NCBI GenBank assembly: GCA_019057635.1
Contig: DXJL01000069.1
Coordinates: forward strand, 1 to 10,694
Source of the DNA: Candidatus Heimdallarchaeota archaeon
GTDB lineage: Archaea > Asgardarchaeota > Heimdallarchaeia > Hodarchaeales > Hodarchaeaceae
Direction: 5' to 3'
Length of the DNA stretch: 10,694 nt
The position numbers and the translations under genes were made by a program. Below, in pieces: positions 7,655 through 10,694 of this stretch; position 1 is the first letter of the stretch; each line of letters opens with the position of its first letter. The notes under the pieces were generated by a model. The model worked only from the letters and a program-made list of their open reading frames with translations, searched no databases and was not told where the DNA came from.

Positions 7655-7962
7655 ATAATATACAAGTACACAAAGAAGGAATTTAGGGATTAAGGTTAAA
7701 AGGTGACAAATTTGTTTTCCATCGGTAGCATACAATCACATAATACTGGAAATTGGCTTTTAATGAGAAAATTTTGCTGGAAATAATCTTATAGTTGATT
7801 TCCATATTGCATTTCAATTTTACTTGAAATTTCGTACTGATTCTGAAACTAATTTCCCAAGAGAAGAATTGTTGGGTAATCTTGAGAACTCTTAAGAATA
7901 ACTCTGTTTGTTTTCGACAAAATTCCGCAAAATATAATACGAGGATATTTTCGTTATTTAAT

Positions 7963-7974
7963 AAATCTTATATA
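7963..7974 (+). promoter_or_regulatory. Candidate TATA box for the surface protein gene
   Basis: AAATCTTATATA about 90 nt upstream of the TTG start. The AT-rich background makes this uncertain. Confidence 0.25.
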
Positions 7975-8064
7975 CATTCTATCTGAATAGTAATTGCATA
8001 AATCGATTTACTTAAGCTAGCCTATCTAAAAATATCTCATGAGAGTTCTGGGAGATACTGCTAA

Positions 8065-10694
8065 TTGAAAATAAAGTATAACTACATTTCTGGCTTTTTA
8101 ATTGCTCTCATTTTTCTAAATATCTGTTCTTCCACTATTATATTTCCAAAACATAACCACCAGTTGGCACAAACAACCATCATTCCACCTCTATTAGGAG
8201 CTCCAGAAAATATTGTAGAAAAAACCAGTGAAAATCAAGAAAATACGATAACAGCCTCTTCTGAACAGAATAATGATGCTAGCTCTTGTTTTGATTGTAC
8301 TACTAGTTTTAATCCAATAAATGCTAAGATTCAATCTGAATCAACAGAAGATGCAGTTGATAACAATATTTCTGATGTAGATAGTTCTTCTGATAAAGGA
8401 ACACATACAAATTTTAATAATCAACAAGCAGGCCCAGATAGTAGTTTTGATGTATTAACAGAAGCAAATTCACCACAACAAGAACAGATTGATTTGAAGG
8501 TAGATAGTTGGACAGCTGATCAAGATAATTGGGCTAAAAACGGTTCTTCTCCCTATTTAGGTGAAGCTGATGATGGAAATCACGTTTACGGGATTCAGAA
8601 TGCTGAAGGATCATCTCATGCTGATTTAACTGGTGATTTCACTTTTGAGGATTCATCAATCACTGATACGATTAATTCAGTAAAATTACGTGTTTACGGA
8701 ACAGCTGGAACTACACAACCAAGTCAATTTTATTTCAATGTTTATTTATGGGATGGTAGTACATGGAATCAGGAAATCAGTTTTAAGAATGTTGGAAGCC
8801 TCACCTGGGTAGAAGTAGATGTCACTTCAGACCTGAATACTTGGAGCAAAATTAATAATGCTAAAATCTACCTTGAAGTATACGATGCTCTCGGAAATAA
8901 GTATGGTGGGCAAATTTGTGATGCTGCACTCCTTCGTATTTCGTATAATGTCAATAATTATGCTCTTGATTTAGAAGAACAGTGGACATCAGCAAATTAT
9001 ACAAAAGAAAACGAAGAACTTGCAATTTATACAGGAACGCTTGGTTCTTCTGAAGACTTACGTGTCGATGTATGGACTGGTGCTTCTTGGGCGACAATTA
9101 TTGATCTTTTAGTGGCGAATCAATGGAATAATGTAAGTGTTTCAAGTTATTTAACTAGTAATGCGTTTACTATCCGGTTTAAAGGGATAACTGAATCTGA
9201 TGATTCCAACCAAGATTCTTTCAATATTGATGTAGTTTTACTTCATACTTGGATGAGCAATCTACCACCTTCTGTTACAAATATCACCATTTCTCCTGAT
9301 CCTTTACTAAGCAATGATACGTTAAATTTAAGTTACAATTATACTGATCCAAACAATGATTCAGAATCAGGAACAGAAATACGATGGTATAGAAATGGAT
9401 TGTTGGAAGGAGTTTATAACAATTCAATGAATATCCCAAGCTCTGCTTTAGCAAAAAATGATATATGGAATGTTTCCATAAGGCCCAGTGATGGAACACT
9501 ATCTGGTGATCTATCGTGGAGTACACCTATTACTGTACTTAATACTCCACCGACTGTTTCAGATTATCAGGTAACTCCTACGGATCCTGTTACGAATTCA
9601 GACTTGATTGCAAGTTACACTTTCAATGATTATGATGTAGATGATGAAAATATTACATTCCGAGAAATTCAGTGGTACAATAATACTCAAATAGTTCCTA
9701 GCTTGAATAATTTTCTAACCGTTCTTGCTGAAAATACTATAAAGGGGGAAGAATGGTACTTTCAGATAAGAGTACATGATGGAGAAAACTATTCAAGTTG
9801 GGTAACATCATTAAGTGTCATTATTAATAATACAAAACCAGTAGCATCAAGCTTAGCAATTATACCAGCCTCTCCAAAGACGAATAATAATTTAAATGCA
9901 TCCTATACTTTTTTAGATGCTGATTCTGATTCTGAAAGCAATTCTATTATTTATTGGTATAAGAATGGTGTTCACAACGATACATTTGATAATCAGACCA
10001 TCGTTCCATCAACAGAAACAAAAAGAGGAGAATCTTGGTATTTTACTGTTCAACCATCTGATGGTACATCCTATGGTGATATAAAAACCTCTGCATCAGT
10101 TTTAATTCAAAATTCTGTACCGATTTCTGGTAATTTAACAATTTCTCCGAGTTTTCCGTACACTTCTGATAATTTAGTATTATCCTATGACTATTTTGAT
10201 TTGGATGGTGATGAACAAGATAATAGTTCTCGTCAAATCCATTGGTATAAAGACGGTGTGTTACAAGGAATCCTGAATAACTCATTAACGGTATCAAATG
10301 GTAATATCTCAAAAGATGAAATTTGGCATTGTAAACTCAGGGTATCAGATGGGATGAACTATGATTCTTGGGTAGATTTACCTGTTAATGTGACGATAAT
10401 TAATTCTATTCCTTCAATAACAGGAATTGGAGTAACCCCTTTTCCAGCTGCTTCTCAAGATAGTCTTACATTAGATTATACCTATATTGATGCTGATCTC
10501 GATTCTGAAAATGATTCTATCATCATTTGGTACAAAAATAGTGTAATACAAGGCTTGCTTAATGGTTCCTACACAGTTGATCACTCTGACACTTCAAAAA
10601 ATGATATTTGGCATGTTAAGGTACGACCTAGCGATGGTACAGATTATGGTATATGGTACTCTTGCCCTGTCAATGTGACGATTGGTAACACACC
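8065..10694 (+). CDS. Large secreted/cell-surface protein with CBM-like domains and tandem Ig-like repeats, partial (876 codons visible, continues past the right edge)
   Basis: Frame is open from TTG 8065 (in-frame TAA directly before, GGGAG at 8050-8054) to the window end. N-terminus MKIKYNYISGFLIALIFLNICSSTIIF is basic then hydrophobic, like a signal peptide or anchor. The protein is rich in S/T/N/D with about 25 N-x-S/T sequons by hand count. Confidence 0.92.
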   Translation, partial: MKIKYNYISGFLIALIFLNICSSTIIFPKHNHQLAQTTIIPPLLGAPENIVEKTSENQENTITASSEQNNDASSCFDCTTSFNPINAKIQSESTEDAVDNNISDVDSSSDKGTHTNFNNQQAGPDSSFDVLTEANSPQQEQIDLKVDSWTADQDNWAKNGSSPYLGEADDGNHVYGIQNAEGSSHADLTGDFTFEDSSITDTINSVKLRVYGTAGTTQPSQFYFNVYLWDGSTWNQEISFKNVGSLTWVEVDVTSDLNTWSKINNAKIYLEVYDALGNKYGGQICDAALLRISYNVNNYALDLEEQWTSANYTKENEELAIYTGTLGSSEDLRVDVWTGASWATIIDLLVANQWNNVSVSSYLTSNAFTIRFKGITESDDSNQDSFNIDVVLLHTWMSNLPPSVTNITISPDPLLSNDTLNLSYNYTDPNNDSESGTEIRWYRNGLLEGVYNNSMNIPSSALAKNDIWNVSIRPSDGTLSGDLSWSTPITVLNTPPTVSDYQVTPTDPVTNSDLIASYTFNDYDVDDENITFREIQWYNNTQIVPSLNNFLTVLAENTIKGEEWYFQIRVHDGENYSSWVTSLSVIINNTKPVASSLAIIPASPKTNNNLNASYTFLDADSDSESNSIIYWYKNGVHNDTFDNQTIVPSTETKRGESWYFTVQPSDGTSYGDIKTSASVLIQNSVPISGNLTISPSFPYTSDNLVLSYDYFDLDGDEQDNSSRQIHWYKDGVLQGILNNSLTVSNGNISKDEIWHCKLRVSDGMNYDSWVDLPVNVTIINSIPSITGIGVTPFPAASQDSLTLDYTYIDADLDSENDSIIIWYKNSVIQGLLNGSYTVDHSDTSKNDIWHVKVRPSDGTDYGIWYSCPVNVTIGNT
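9259..10694 (+). repeat. Tandem 94-97 aa Ig-like protein repeats (5 complete, a 6th starting at the edge)
   Basis: Units start at 9259, 9541, 9829, 10111, 10402 and 10687 (94, 96, 94, 97, 95 aa). Consensus N-x-x-P...P...L...Y-x-[FY]-x-D-x-[DN]-x-D...I-x-W-Y...K...W...D-G. Confidence 0.9.

Noticed and set aside
7683-7968. Stop-free minus-strand frame of about 95 codons in the long intergenic region
   Set aside because: Start codons occur only in the last ~40-46 codons, with no SD and no recognisable motif, so neither a gene nor a pseudogene can be supported.
9284-10312. Two minus-strand ORFs (9284-9526 and 10043-10312)
   Set aside because: Antisense shadows of the surface-protein gene.
9259-10694. 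Repeats as a CRISPR array, DGR template/variable pair or mobile element
   Set aside because: Similarity is at the protein level with diverged DNA. There are no identical short repeats, adenine-specific variation, reverse transcriptase or transposase in the window.

Overview
AT-rich window of densely packed, apparently chromosomal genes, with no tRNA, rRNA, CRISPR array or mobile element that I can recognise. GGGTGA/GGAGG/GAGGT ribosome-binding sites, BRE+TATA-like motifs and a sequon-rich secreted protein suggest an archaeon. The gene style resembles Asgard/Heimdallarchaeia, but that is inference only. In order: a >534-aa GNAT-domain protein running off the left edge (not in the ORF track); a second GNAT acetyltransferase; a ~381-aa hypothetical protein; a coupled pair of tiny Cys/His-rich genes (the 47-aa zinc ribbon was missed by the track) behind a potentially structured leader; low-specificity L-threonine aldolase; a pyridoxamine 5'-phosphate oxidase/NimA-like protein; an M42 (TET) aminopeptidase with a charged insertion; a 64-aa four-Cys protein; and the first 876 codons of a large secreted protein (not in the track) with two CBM-like domains and alternating A/B Ig-like repeats. 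I cannot demonstrate a complete novel system. The best leads are the zinc-microprotein pair with its leader and the architecture of the surface protein.
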